A program made the translations under genes and the position numbers. From positions 1,856,001 through 1,920,000 of the forward strand of contig OY970303.1 of assembly GCA_963716255.1 (NCBI GenBank): DNA of 64,000 nucleotides, written 5' to 3'. Below the pieces are notes generated by a model, which was given only the letters and a program-made list of their open reading frames with translations, was not told the DNA's origin and did no database searches. This DNA is from an uncultured Gemmatimonadales bacterium (GTDB lineage: Bacteria; Gemmatimonadota; Gemmatimonadetes; Longimicrobiales; Longimicrobiaceae). Shown here piece after piece: positions 18,375 to 28,459 of this stretch (its first letter is position 1; every line of letters starts with the position of its first letter).

Positions 18375-20311
18375 CGGTACCCCGCCGCCTGCAGGCTGAA
18401 CAGCTCCGCGTAGCGCCCGTCCAGCGCGAGCAGCTCCTCGTGCGTCCCGGCCTCCAGCACCCGGCCGTGCTCCAGCACCACGATGCGGTCCGCCATGCGC
18501 ACCGTGGAGAAGCGGTGCGAGATGAGGATCGCCATCTTCCCCTCCGTGAGGTCCGCGAAGCGGCGGAACACCTCGTACTCCGCGCGGGCATCCAGCGCCG
18601 CAGTGGGCTCGTCCAGGATCAGCAGCTGCGCGTCGCGCATGTAGGCGCGCCCCAGCGCCACCTTCTGCCACTGCCCGCCGGACAGGTCCACGCCGCCCTC
18701 GAAGCGCCGCCCCAGCATCGTGCGGTAGCGCTCCGGGAGCGCGTCGATCACCTCGGCGGCCAGCGAGCGCCCGGCCGCGTCCTCCACCCGCGCCGAGACC
18801 GCATCGCGGTCCTCGTCCAGCGCGGGGATCCGGCCCACGGCGATGTTCTCCTCCGCACGCATGTCGTAGCGCACGAAGTCCTGGAAGATCACGCCCACCT
18901 GCCGGTGCAGCTCCTCCGGGTCGTACGCCTCCAGCGGCTGCCCGTCCAGAAGGATCTCGCCGCGCGTGGCTTCGTACAGGCGCACGATGAGCTTGGTGAT
19001 GGTGGTCTTCCCCGCCCCGTTCTCCCCCACCAGCGCCACCCGCTCCCCCGGACGGATCCGGAACGACACCCCCCGCAGCACCCACGACGGATCGTCCGCG
19101 GACGGGGGCTCCACCGCGGCCGGAGCCCTGTCGCCGTCGCCGGCCGTTCCCTCTTCCTCCGCCTCCGGGTAGCGGAACCACACGTCCCGGAACTCGAACC
19201 CCTCGCGGGCAGGCACCGGCACCGGGAGCGGCCGCTCCGGGCGCGCGATCCGCGGCTGCATCCCGAAGAACACGAAAAGGTCGTCCAGGTACAGGGCCTG
19301 CTCGTACAGGCTGCTGGTCGCCAGGAGCATGCGCTGGATCAGGTCGCGCGAGCGCGAGAACGCCCCCGCCAGCAGCGACAGGTCGCCCAGCGAGAGAGCG
19401 CCCAGCACCGTGCGGTAGACGATGGTGCCGTACGCCGCGTAGTAGCCCAGCGTGGAGACCAGCGACAGCCCGGTGCTCGCCAGGTTGCGGCGGATGGCCA
19501 GCCTGCGGTTCGCCTCGTAGAAGCCGTCCGCCAGCTCCCGGTACTCGCGGATCAGCCAGGGCGCCAGGCCGAAGAGCTTGATCTCCTTGGCGGTCTTGTC
19601 CGAGGCGGCGACCACCCGGTAGTAGTCCAGCTTGCGGCGCTCCGGCGTCCACTGGTACAGGAGCGAGTACCCCAGCGCGGCGAAGTGCGTTTCCCCCAGG
19701 AAGGAGGGGATCACCGCCAGCACGAGCAGCGCGAAGAGCAGCGGCGAGAAGGCGAAGAGCGCCCCCACCAGCGTGATCAGGGTGACGAGGTCCTGCGCCA
19801 GCCCCATGATCTGGTTGAGAAGCGCGATGCGGCCCACCGTCTGGCGCCGGGCGCGCTCCAGCCGGTCGTAGAAGCGCGGGTTCTCGAAGTGCTCCAGGTC
19901 CAGCGTGGCCGCGTGCTCCATCAGGCGCACGCTCATCCGGTTGGAGAACAGGTCCCCCAGGAGCGACTCCAGCAGCGTCCCCGTGCGCGCCGCCACCTCG
20001 CCCAGCGTCACGATCCCGAACTCCAGCAGCACCAGCTCGGTGAGCCGCCCCCAGTCCGGCGCGCCCGTCCGCGTGGCCTCCACCACCGCGTCCACGATGG
20101 ACTTGCCCACCCACAGCGTGGCCAGCGGGACGAAGGCGCGCAGCAGGCGCAGCGCTGCGATCCCGGCCGCGTAGCCGCGGTGCGTCGCCCACACCATCCG
20201 CAGGAAGGGCGGCACGTTGCGCATGGCGCGCGCGCGCTCCCCCCACGAAGGAGGCGCCTCCCCCGGAGGCCTTCGGCCCCGGCCATTCATCCCCGCTCGA
20301 GTGCTCGCCAT
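18371..20311 (-). CDS. ABC exporter, fused permease/ATP-binding protein
   Basis: Transmembrane domain, Walker A GENGAGKT, LSGGQWQ, LLILDEPT, SHRFS. Confidence 0.95.
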   Translation of the reverse strand: MASTRAGMNGRGRRPPGEAPPSWGERARAMRNVPPFLRMVWATHRGYAAGIAALRLLRAFVPLATLWVGKSIVDAVVEATRTGAPDWGRLTELVLLEFGIVTLGEVAARTGTLLESLLGDLFSNRMSVRLMEHAATLDLEHFENPRFYDRLERARRQTVGRIALLNQIMGLAQDLVTLITLVGALFAFSPLLFALLVLAVIPSFLGETHFAALGYSLLYQWTPERRKLDYYRVVAASDKTAKEIKLFGLAPWLIREYRELADGFYEANRRLAIRRNLASTGLSLVSTLGYYAAYGTIVYRTVLGALSLGDLSLLAGAFSRSRDLIQRMLLATSSLYEQALYLDDLFVFFGMQPRIARPERPLPVPVPAREGFEFRDVWFRYPEAEEEGTAGDGDRAPAAVEPPSADDPSWVLRGVSFRIRPGERVALVGENGAGKTTITKLIVRLYEATRGEILLDGQPLEAYDPEELHRQVGVIFQDFVRYDMRAEENIAVGRIPALDEDRDAVSARVEDAAGRSLAAEVIDALPERYRTMLGRRFEGGVDLSGGQWQKVALGRAYMRDAQLLILDEPTAALDARAEYEVFRRFADLTEGKMAILISHRFSTVRMADRIVVLEHGRVLEAGTHEELLALDGRYAELFSLQAAGYR

Positions 20312-20501
20312 CCCTCAATGGTAACCCGCGCCCGCCGGGCACGGGAGGGCCGCCGCCCCGCCGCGGGAATCCCTACGCCGCTGTGGGGCGCCTCCCTACA
20401 GACGACGCGGAAGCCGCCCGCTACATTCTCATTCTCCCGGCACAGATTTCCCATCGACCGGAGGCACCGCGCCGGGTCTGGCGGCCCTCCCGGGCGCGGG
20501 C

Positions 20502-20507
20502 TATAAT
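20502..20507 (+). promoter_or_regulatory. Candidate sigma70 -10 box for the oxidase operon
   Basis: Perfect TATAAT in very GC-rich DNA about 90 nt before coxB; -35 is poor. Confidence 0.5.
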
Positions 20508-20598
20508 GGGCCGGTTCCAGGGCGGCCGCTCGATTTTTGCGGGGCGGCCGCCGGCACACGATTCCGAGCGCCAATCTGAACGCCGAACACCCACCACC

Positions 20599-21714
20599 AT
20601 GAAGTCACGAGTGAACACGTTCTGGCCCCGGCGGGACAGCTCGCTGCCGGCGTCCGGGACCCCCGGCCGCTCCACCAGCCCGCGTCCGGGACGCAGTTCG
20701 CTGTGGGCGCTTCCGCTGCTCCTGCTCGCGGGGTGCAACGGGAGCGACGTAACCAAGTACCCGCAGACGATCTTCGCGCCCAAGACGCAGTACGCCGAGC
20801 GGGTCATCGACCTGCAGAACCTGACCACGCTCCTGGGCGTGGCGGTGGGGCTCATCGTGTTCGCGCTGATCGGCTACATCCTGTTCCGCTTCCGGTACCA
20901 GCCGGGGATGCCGGAGCCCAGGCAGACGCACGGCAACACCCGACTGGAGCTGGCCTGGACGCTGATCCCCGCGCTGATCCTGGCGTTCATTGCCGTCCCC
21001 ACCGTGCAGACCATCTTCGCCACCCAGCAGGAGCCGCCGCCCAACGCGGTCACGGTGAACGTGGTCGGCTGGCAGTGGTGGTGGGAGTTCAAGTACCCGG
21101 TCAACAGCGGGCGCGACACCGTGTTCACCGCCAACGAGATCCACGTCCCGGTGGGGACTCCGGTGGCGCTCCGCATGACCGCGGGCGACGTGCTGCACTC
21201 CTTCTGGGTTCCCCAGATGGGCGGCAAGCGCGACCTGATCAACAACAAGATCAACACCATCGTCTTCACCCCCGAGGAGCCGGGCGTCTACCTGGGGCAG
21301 TGCGCCGAGTTCTGCGCCGATTCGCACGCCCTGATGAAGATGCGGCTGATCGCCCACACGCCCGAGGGCTACAAGGAGTGGCTCCAGAACGAGTTCAACC
21401 CGGCGCAGGACATCCGTCCGGTGACGGCGCAGGACTCCGCGCTGGCGCTGGGCAGGGAGCTCGTGACCAAGGGCGCCTGCGCCGGCTGCCACGTGATCAA
21501 GGGCACCGGGATGGTGGGACGCACCGGCCCCAACCTCACCCACTTCGGGCGGCGGCGCACGCTGGCCGCCGGGATCCTGGACAACAACGCCGGGAACCTC
21601 GCCGCCTGGCTCCGGAACCCGCCGGCCATCAAGCCCGGGGCGAAGATGCCCAACCTGAACCTCAAGGAAGAGGAGATCAGGTACATCGTCGCGTACCTGC
21701 AGAGCCTGCAGTGA
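20599..21714 (+). CDS. coxB: Cytochrome c oxidase subunit II with fused cytochrome c (caa3 type)
   Basis: Lipobox LAGC, WQWWWEFKY, DVLHSFW, CuA motif CAEFCADSHALM, heme c motif CAGCH. Confidence 0.95.
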   Translation: MKSRVNTFWPRRDSSLPASGTPGRSTSPRPGRSSLWALPLLLLAGCNGSDVTKYPQTIFAPKTQYAERVIDLQNLTTLLGVAVGLIVFALIGYILFRFRYQPGMPEPRQTHGNTRLELAWTLIPALILAFIAVPTVQTIFATQQEPPPNAVTVNVVGWQWWWEFKYPVNSGRDTVFTANEIHVPVGTPVALRMTAGDVLHSFWVPQMGGKRDLINNKINTIVFTPEEPGVYLGQCAEFCADSHALMKMRLIAHTPEGYKEWLQNEFNPAQDIRPVTAQDSALALGRELVTKGACAGCHVIKGTGMVGRTGPNLTHFGRRRTLAAGILDNNAGNLAAWLRNPPAIKPGAKMPNLNLKEEEIRYIVAYLQSLQ

Positions 21715-21820
21715 CCAGGGCGCCCCGCACGAGCAGGCGGGGACGCGAGTTTCGTGATCAGGCGCCCGGGAGCACCGCCGCGAATGCCGGCGGGCCGCGC
21801 CGCAAACCGATGGAGTAGGA

Positions 21821-23785
21821 ATGGCATCGACTGCAACGGTGGCTACCGCCCCCCACGTAGCCGCGCACCACGGGCCCACGGGGCTGTGGAGCTGGGTCAC
21901 GACCGTGGACCACAAGCGGATCGGGATCATGTACGGCGTGGTCTCGTTCATCTGGTTCCTGGTCGGGGGACTGGAGGCGCTGGTGGTGCGCGCACAGCTC
22001 GCCGTCCCCAACAACGACCTGGTCAGCGCCGAGTTCTACAACCAGCTGTTCACCACGCACGCGGTGACGATGGTGTTCCTGGCGCTGATGCCGCTCACCG
22101 CCGCGTTCTTCAACTTCCTGGTGCCGCTGCAGATCGGCGCCCGCGACGTGGCGTTCCCGCGGCTCAACGCGCTGTCGTTCTGGGTGTTCTTCTTCGGCAG
22201 CCTGTACCTGAACAGCTCCTTCCTGCTGGCGCTGGTGCCGGGGGTGGGCCCGCAGGCGCCCAACGGCGGGTGGTTCGCGTACCCGCCGGTGACGACGGAG
22301 ACGTACAATCCCGGGCTGAACATGGACTTCTACGTCCTCGGCCTGCAGATCATCGGCCTGTCGTCCATCATCGCGTCGCTGAACTTCATCATCACCATCA
22401 TCAACCTGCGCGCGCCGGGGATGCGGCTCATGCGCATGCCGATCTTCACGTGGATGGTGCTGGTCACCAACGTGCTGATCGTCACGGCGCTGGCGGTGTT
22501 CACCATCGCGTCCACGCAGCTGATGTTCGACCGCCTGTTCGGGACGGTGTTCTACGACACGGCCCGCTCCGGGGCGGACCCGCTGCTCTGGCAGCACCTG
22601 TTCTGGATGTTCGGCCACCCCGAGGTGTACATCCTGATCCTTCCCATCATGGGGATGGTCTCCGAGGTGCTCCCCACCTTCTCGCGCAAGCCGCTCTTCG
22701 GCTACAACGTGATGGTGTTCTCGGGGATCCTGATCGGCTGGCTGGGCTGGGGCGTGTGGAGCCACCACATGTTCGCCGTGGGGCTGGGTCCCATCGCCGA
22801 CACCTTCTTCGCGCTGGGCACCATGCTGATCGCGATCCCCACGGGGATCAAGATCTTCAACTGGCTGGGGACCATGTGGGGCGGCGCCATCCGCTTCACC
22901 ACGGCGATGCTCTTCGCGGTGGCCTTCATCGGCATGTTCACCATCGGCGGGATCTCCGGGGTGATGCACTCCGTGGCCCCGGCCGACCTGCAGCAGACCG
23001 ACACCTACTTCGTGGTCGCCCACCTGCACTACGTGTTCTTCGGCGGCACCGTGATCGGGCTGTGGGCGGGGATGTACTACTGGTACCCCAAGGTCTTCGG
23101 CCGCCTGCTGGACGAGAAGCTGGGCCTGGTGCACTTCTGGCTGACGCTGATCGGGATGAACCTCACCTTCTTCCCGATGCACTTCCTGGGGCTCTACGGG
23201 ATGCCGCGCCGTATCTTCACGTACGCGGACAACATGGGCTTCAACGAGATGAACATGCTGGCCACGATCGGCTCGTTCATGATCGGGGTGGGCACGCTGG
23301 TCTTCGCCTTCAACCTGTTCACGGCCTGGAAGCGCGGGAAGATCGCCGGGCCCAACCCCTGGGGCGCCGCGACGCTGGAGTGGAGCATCCCCTCCCCGCC
23401 GCCCGAGTACAACTTCCGCGAGCTCCCCGTGGTCCGCTCCCGCATGCCGCTGTGGGAGGGCGACCCCACCAAGGAGGGTGGGATCCCGCACGGCCGCCGC
23501 GACGAGGACACCGACGACGTCACGCTGGGCGGGGCAAAGCTGGCGACCATGGAATACCCGGACGACGAGAGCAAGATGTCCGCGCACGACCTGGGGATCC
23601 ACCTCCCGCCGCCGTCGTACTGGCCGATCGTGCTGGCGCTGGGGATCACCATGGTCTTCGGGATGCTGATCTTCCGCAACGTGGACGGGGCGCTGCACAA
23701 CCTGTGGATGGGCTCGATCGCGGGGATCCTGCTGACCGTGTACTCCATCTACCGCTGGGCCTTCGAGCCGGGGCACGGACACTGA
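21821..23785 (+). CDS. ctaD: Cytochrome c oxidase subunit I (A1 type)
   Basis: VDHKRIG, GHPEVYI, WSHHMF, VAHLHYV, MPRR. Confidence 0.97.
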   Translation: MASTATVATAPHVAAHHGPTGLWSWVTTVDHKRIGIMYGVVSFIWFLVGGLEALVVRAQLAVPNNDLVSAEFYNQLFTTHAVTMVFLALMPLTAAFFNFLVPLQIGARDVAFPRLNALSFWVFFFGSLYLNSSFLLALVPGVGPQAPNGGWFAYPPVTTETYNPGLNMDFYVLGLQIIGLSSIIASLNFIITIINLRAPGMRLMRMPIFTWMVLVTNVLIVTALAVFTIASTQLMFDRLFGTVFYDTARSGADPLLWQHLFWMFGHPEVYILILPIMGMVSEVLPTFSRKPLFGYNVMVFSGILIGWLGWGVWSHHMFAVGLGPIADTFFALGTMLIAIPTGIKIFNWLGTMWGGAIRFTTAMLFAVAFIGMFTIGGISGVMHSVAPADLQQTDTYFVVAHLHYVFFGGTVIGLWAGMYYWYPKVFGRLLDEKLGLVHFWLTLIGMNLTFFPMHFLGLYGMPRRIFTYADNMGFNEMNMLATIGSFMIGVGTLVFAFNLFTAWKRGKIAGPNPWGAATLEWSIPSPPPEYNFRELPVVRSRMPLWEGDPTKEGGIPHGRRDEDTDDVTLGGAKLATMEYPDDESKMSAHDLGIHLPPPSYWPIVLALGITMVFGMLIFRNVDGALHNLWMGSIAGILLTVYSIYRWAFEPGHGH

Positions 23786-23860
23786 CAGGGGACGGAGGCC
23801 GGACGTCCCGCGGGGGGACGCCCGGCCGCCACCACCCGACAACCTGAATCGCCGACTTTC

Positions 23861-24502
23861 ATGGATCACTCGCACGCGATGGCGGGGCACGCGGCGCACC
23901 CGGCCCACATCGACACCAGCACCGGCCTGGACAGCCGGAAGATGGCCTTCTGGGGCTTCATCGGCTCCGAGTGCCTGCTCTTCGGGTCCCTGATCGGGAC
24001 CTACATGGCGTACAAGGGCAAGAGCATCAACGGCCCCTACCCGCACCCCGGCATCGTCGACGGCAAGCACGTGGAGGGGATCCTCAACATCCCGCTCACC
24101 ACGGCCAGCACCTTCGTCCTGCTGATGAGCTCGGTGGCGATGGTGCTGGCGCTGAACTACACCCAGCGCGGCGACCGCAGCAAGTCGGTCACCTGGCTCC
24201 TGCTGACGGCGTTCCTGGGCTCGATCTTCCTGGGGTGCCAGGTCTACGAGTTCACGCACTTCGTCCACGAGGGGCTGGGGCTCGGCACCAACCTGTTCGC
24301 CTCCAGCTTCTACCTGCTGACCGGATTCCACGGCGCGCACGTCACCGTGGGGGTGATCTACCTGATCACGCTGGCCTTCCTCGCCCGGGCCGGTAAGATC
24401 CCGCCGGAGAAGGCGCTGAACGTGGAGATCGCCGGCCTGTACTGGCACTTCGTGGACGTGATCTGGATTGTGATCTTCCCCCTCGTGTACCTCATCAAGT
24501 GA
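23861..24502 (+). CDS. ctaE: Cytochrome c oxidase subunit III
   Basis: FIGSECLLF, LTGFHGAHV, LYWHFVDVIW. Confidence 0.95.
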   Translation: MDHSHAMAGHAAHPAHIDTSTGLDSRKMAFWGFIGSECLLFGSLIGTYMAYKGKSINGPYPHPGIVDGKHVEGILNIPLTTASTFVLLMSSVAMVLALNYTQRGDRSKSVTWLLLTAFLGSIFLGCQVYEFTHFVHEGLGLGTNLFASSFYLLTGFHGAHVTVGVIYLITLAFLARAGKIPPEKALNVEIAGLYWHFVDVIWIVIFPLVYLIK

Positions 24503-24846
24503 GCGACCCGATGTCCAGCGAGACGCGTGAAGTCATTCACGACCAGCACACGCACCCCACGAACAAGTTCTACCTGTACATCGGCGCGGCGCTGATCCTC
24601 CTGACGGGGCTGGAGGTGCTCGGCTACCTCGGGGAGACCAGCGGGACGTTCGGGCCCGGCACGGCCGCGATGGTCATCGGCGTGCTTTCCGCCGTGAAGT
24701 TCGTCTTGGTGGTGATGTACTACATGCACCTGAAGTTCGACAGCAAGGTGTTCACGGGACTCTTCGTCTTCCCGGCGCTGCTGGGGACGCTCGTGATCGT
24801 CGGGCTGTTCATGCTGTTCCACGTGCTTCCGACGCTGGTCGGCTAG
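24499..24846 (+). CDS. Cytochrome c oxidase subunit IV family protein
   Basis: Three TM helices, KFVLVVMYYMHLKFD; GTGA overlap with ctaE. Confidence 0.9.
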   Translation: MSDPMSSETREVIHDQHTHPTNKFYLYIGAALILLTGLEVLGYLGETSGTFGPGTAAMVIGVLSAVKFVLVVMYYMHLKFDSKVFTGLFVFPALLGTLVIVGLFMLFHVLPTLVG

Positions 24847-24895
24847 GGCCACGACATCTGCTGCCCCCGGGCGGGCGCGGACGGAGGTTTGCGGT

Positions 24896-25795
24896 ATGCT
24901 GTCTCTCTCGACGATCTCCCTGCTGCACCAGGAGACGTTCTCGTGGACGGAGTGGAGGGTCTACTCGGACTTCATGGTCGGGTGGCTCCTCCTGTTCGCC
25001 GCGTACTTCCTGATGATCGGGCCGCTGCGCCGCCGCTTCCCCGGAGCTCGCCCCGTCCCCCCGCAAAAGGTGGCGAGCTTCGTGTTCGCCATGGCCATCA
25101 TGTTCCTGGCGCTCCAGGGGCCGCTGCACGAGCTGAGCGACTACTTCCTGTTCAGCGCGCACATGGTGCAGCACCTGGTGCTGATCCTGGTGATGCCGCC
25201 CTTTCTGCTGTACGGCATCCCGGACTGGATGCTGCGGCCGGCGGTGAACGCGCGGGCCATCGGCAGGGTGGCGCGGCTCCTCACCTTTCCGCTGGTGGCC
25301 TTCGCGCTCAACAACGTCATCTTCCTGGCCTGGCACTTTCCCGGCCCCTACGACCTGATGATGCGGAACCACGGGATCCACGTGGCGATGCACCTGATGA
25401 TCATGGTGACGGGGACCATCATGTGGTGGCCGGTGATGAGCCCGCTCCCGGAGCTCCCCAGGATCGCGCCGCCGCTCCAGATGATGTACCTGTTCGTGCT
25501 GGGGATCCCCATGATGCTGACCGCGGCGCTGATCACCTTCACCGACGGCGAGCTGTACGCCTGGTACGTGGAGGCGCCGCGGATCTTCCCCCTGAGCGCG
25601 CTGGACGACCAGCGCCTGGGCGGGGTGATCATGTGGGTGCCGGGGGCGCTGACCATCTGGATCGCCATCACCGTGGTCTACTTCCGCTGGACCCAGCGCG
25701 AGGTGCGCGAGGACGAGGGCCTGCCGGAAGACCGCCGCCCGCGCGTCTCCGCCAGCGGCCTGGTGATCGCCCCGCCGCCGTTCCCGAACCGATAG
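24896..25795 (+). CDS. ctaG: caa3-type cytochrome c oxidase assembly factor
   Basis: LFSAHMVQHLVL, WHFPGPYD, DDQRLGGVIMWVPG. Confidence 0.9.
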   Translation: MLSLSTISLLHQETFSWTEWRVYSDFMVGWLLLFAAYFLMIGPLRRRFPGARPVPPQKVASFVFAMAIMFLALQGPLHELSDYFLFSAHMVQHLVLILVMPPFLLYGIPDWMLRPAVNARAIGRVARLLTFPLVAFALNNVIFLAWHFPGPYDLMMRNHGIHVAMHLMIMVTGTIMWWPVMSPLPELPRIAPPLQMMYLFVLGIPMMLTAALITFTDGELYAWYVEAPRIFPLSALDDQRLGGVIMWVPGALTIWIAITVVYFRWTQREVREDEGLPEDRRPRVSASGLVIAPPPFPNR

Positions 25796-26060
25796 GGAAC
25801 AGGGTTCACCGGTTCACGCGCAGCGTGAAGCGCCACAGGGAACAGCCTGCAACGAAACGGCGCCCCCACCTCGGCTATCGAGGTGGGGGCGCCGTTTTGC
25901 TGTTCCGCCGTATCCACATGAATCCGTTCGGAGGGAGACAGCCGGGTAGTTTCGGCTGGCTCACTCCGGCGCAGGGAGACCCGGAGGCAGTTTTCCGGGG
26001 CTCCCGCAGCCCGCGGAGGAGACCGGCGGGTCAGTTTCCGCCGGTCTCCGGAGCGGCCCC
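25795..26060 (+). repeat. Structured repeat family C, copy 1 (contains module D)
   Basis: GGGAACAG leader, long hairpin AACGGCGCCCCCACC/GGTGGGGGCGCCGTT, three GAGAC..GGCTC-type hairpins; homologous to 40985 and 58981. Confidence 0.9.
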
Positions 26061-26087
26061 CAGCTCCGGATCACCCCCCTGCCCCGC

Positions 26088-26810
26088 CTAGACGCTCAGC
26101 CTGCGGTTGGCGGCCGCCAGCTGCTCCGGGCGCCCGATGTCCAGCCACAGGGCGTCGTCCACGCGGAACGGCAGGATCCGCTCACCCTCGCCCGCCAGGC
26201 GCAGGTAGGGGTCCAGGATGGAAAAGACGCCGCGCTCCGTGATGCGGGAAAGGATTTCCGGGGTGAGGACGTGCACCCCCGCGAAGGCGAGGGCGCGCAC
26301 CTCGCCCTCCGCGGGCCGGGCGCGCAGCTCCAGGCCCCTGCGCTCGTCGGTGCGGCCCAGCAGGCCGCGGTCGTCGAAGAGGAGCTTGCGGGTGGTGGGG
26401 CGGTCCATCACCGCCAGTACGGCGAGCGCGCCGCTCGTCCGCTGCGCGGCGTACACGTCGCCCAGCGGCAGGTCGGTGACGATGTCGGCGTTGTGGGCGA
26501 AGAAGGGCGCGTCGCGGCGCAGGTGGGACGCGGCGTGCAGAAGCCCGCCGCCGGTCTCCAGCGGCTCGCCCTCCTCGCGGGAGACCACCACCTCCACGCC
26601 CCAGCCGCCGCGCTCGGCCACGAAGCGCTCCACCTGCCCGGCGTGGTGATGGACGTTGACCACCAGGCGGTCCGCCCCCGCGGCGATCAGCCGCAGCGCG
26701 ACCCGCTCCAGCATGGGCACGCCGCCCACCTCCACCAGCGCCTTGGGGATGCGGTCGGTCAGGGGACGCAGGCGCGTCCCCAGCCCCGCCGCGAAAAGCA
26801 TGGCGTCCAC
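26088..26810 (-). CDS. Nucleotidyltransferase, MurU-like
   Basis: AAGLGTRLRPLTDRIPKALV, LETGGG, WLDIG; directly downstream of the AmgK-like kinase. Confidence 0.88.
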   Translation of the reverse strand: MDAMLFAAGLGTRLRPLTDRIPKALVEVGGVPMLERVALRLIAAGADRLVVNVHHHAGQVERFVAERGGWGVEVVVSREEGEPLETGGGLLHAASHLRRDAPFFAHNADIVTDLPLGDVYAAQRTSGALAVLAVMDRPTTRKLLFDDRGLLGRTDERRGLELRARPAEGEVRALAFAGVHVLTPEILSRITERGVFSILDPYLRLAGEGERILPFRVDDALWLDIGRPEQLAAANRRLSV

Positions 26811-26811
26811 G

Positions 26812-28305
26812 TCAGCCCGCCGCCCCCGTCTGCACCCCTTCCCCGGCCGGCGCAGCCGCTTCGGCGCGGGCCGGCCAGCGCGCCTCTTCCCGGTGCGCCA
26901 GGGTCACGTTGGCCTGCGGGAACTTGCGCCCCAGGTGCTTCGCGAGCCGCTCGGCGAAGTACACCGAGCGGTGCTGCCCCCCCGTGCACCCGAAGTGCAC
27001 GCTGAGCGAGGTGAAGCCGCGCGTCAGGTAGGTGTCCACCTGGCCGTCGACGATGGCGCGCACGTGCTTCCAGAACTCCTCCACCTCCGGCACCTCCTCC
27101 AGGAACTTCGCCACCGGCTCGTCGCACCCGCACAGGCCGGCGTACTCGGCGTAGCGCCCCGGATTGTGCAGGGCGCGGCAGTCGAAGACGAACCCGCCTC
27201 CGTGGCCGCCGCCGTCCTCGGGATAGCCGTTCTTGTAGCTGAAGCTCCCCACCTGCACGGTGAGCCCCGGCGGCACCTGCACGGGCGTCTTCCGCAGCGT
27301 GCGCGAGGCGCAGATGTACTCGAACACGCCCCGCAGCTCGGGGAGGTCGATGGGGAGGAACCCCGTCTCCAGGAGCCGCTCCAGGTTGCGGACGGCCTGG
27401 GGAACGCTGGCCAGGAAGCGCGGCTTGCGCTCGAAGAAGCCGCGGTACCCGTACGCCCCCATGGCCTGCATGATCCGCACGAACACGTAGCCGCGGAAGT
27501 GCTGGCGGAACTGCTCCCGGTTCACGGGAAGGTACTTTTCCAGCGCGTCCAGGTAATGCTCCAGCAGGCGCTCGCGGAGCGCCTCGGGGATCGCCGCCTT
27601 GGGGTCGAAGAGCAGCGAGGCCACGTCGTACTGCAGCGCGCCGCGCCGGCCGCCCTGGTAGTCGATGAACCACGGCTCCCCCTCGCGCAGCATCACGTTG
27701 CGCGACTGGAAGTCGCGGTACATGAAGTGGCGCGTGTCCGCCCCCAGCAGGAAGGTGGTCAGCCGCTTGAAGTCCTTTTCCAGGCGCGACTCGTTGAAGG
27801 GGACGTGCGCCAGCTTGAGGAAGTGGTACTTGAAGTAGTTCAGGTCCCACAGGATGGACTGTCGGTCGAAGGCCGCCCGGGGGTACGCCGCCGAGTAGTC
27901 CACCACCTTCCCCCCTTCCACCTGGAAGCGCGGAAGCACCTCCAGCACGCGCTCGTACACCGGCACCATATCGGCCGGGAAGTCGCTCCCGTCCGTCTGC
28001 CGCGCCAGCGACAGGGCGTCGAAGAGGGTGCTGTCACCCAGGTCCTCCTCAAGGTACACGCCGGCCTCCTCGTCGAAGGCGTACACCTGCGGCACCGGGA
28101 GGCCCACGGAGCGGAAGTCGCGCGAGTACGAGACGAAGGCGCGGTTCTCCTCGCGGTCGGGCCCCACCACGCCGATGGCCGTCTCGTACGAGTCGCCGAC
28201 CAGGCGGTACATGGAACGGCTCGACCCGTCCCCCTCCAGCGGGAGGATGGACGCCGGCACCTTGCCGAAATGCTGCTTGAACAGGCGACGTAGGATCTGC
28301 TGCAC
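26812..28305 (-). CDS. AmgK-like phosphotransferase fused to a RapZ C-terminal domain
   Basis: GDGSSRSMYR, YRDFQSRNVM, IDYQG; C-terminal SFSYK, FVFDCRALHNP, FGCTGGQHRSV. Confidence 0.88.
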   Translation of the reverse strand: MQQILRRLFKQHFGKVPASILPLEGDGSSRSMYRLVGDSYETAIGVVGPDREENRAFVSYSRDFRSVGLPVPQVYAFDEEAGVYLEEDLGDSTLFDALSLARQTDGSDFPADMVPVYERVLEVLPRFQVEGGKVVDYSAAYPRAAFDRQSILWDLNYFKYHFLKLAHVPFNESRLEKDFKRLTTFLLGADTRHFMYRDFQSRNVMLREGEPWFIDYQGGRRGALQYDVASLLFDPKAAIPEALRERLLEHYLDALEKYLPVNREQFRQHFRGYVFVRIMQAMGAYGYRGFFERKPRFLASVPQAVRNLERLLETGFLPIDLPELRGVFEYICASRTLRKTPVQVPPGLTVQVGSFSYKNGYPEDGGGHGGGFVFDCRALHNPGRYAEYAGLCGCDEPVAKFLEEVPEVEEFWKHVRAIVDGQVDTYLTRGFTSLSVHFGCTGGQHRSVYFAERLAKHLGRKFPQANVTLAHREEARWPARAEAAAPAGEGVQTGAAG

Positions 28306-28459
28306 GGCACGCTCGCGTAACGGTGTGTTCCTCAACGGGTAACCAGGGAAGATAACGCAGCAACACGGATGCCGGGAGGGAACAGTTGACGGTGCGCCCT
28401 CCCGGTACGCACCTTGCCGCTCCCGGGGCGTCCACCCGCCCACCCGGGAGCGCCGCCCC

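Noticed and set aside
25930..26060. CRISPR mini-array reading of the three-hairpin units
   Set aside because: The variable parts are short self-complementary stems rather than 30-40 nt spacers, and no cas genes are present
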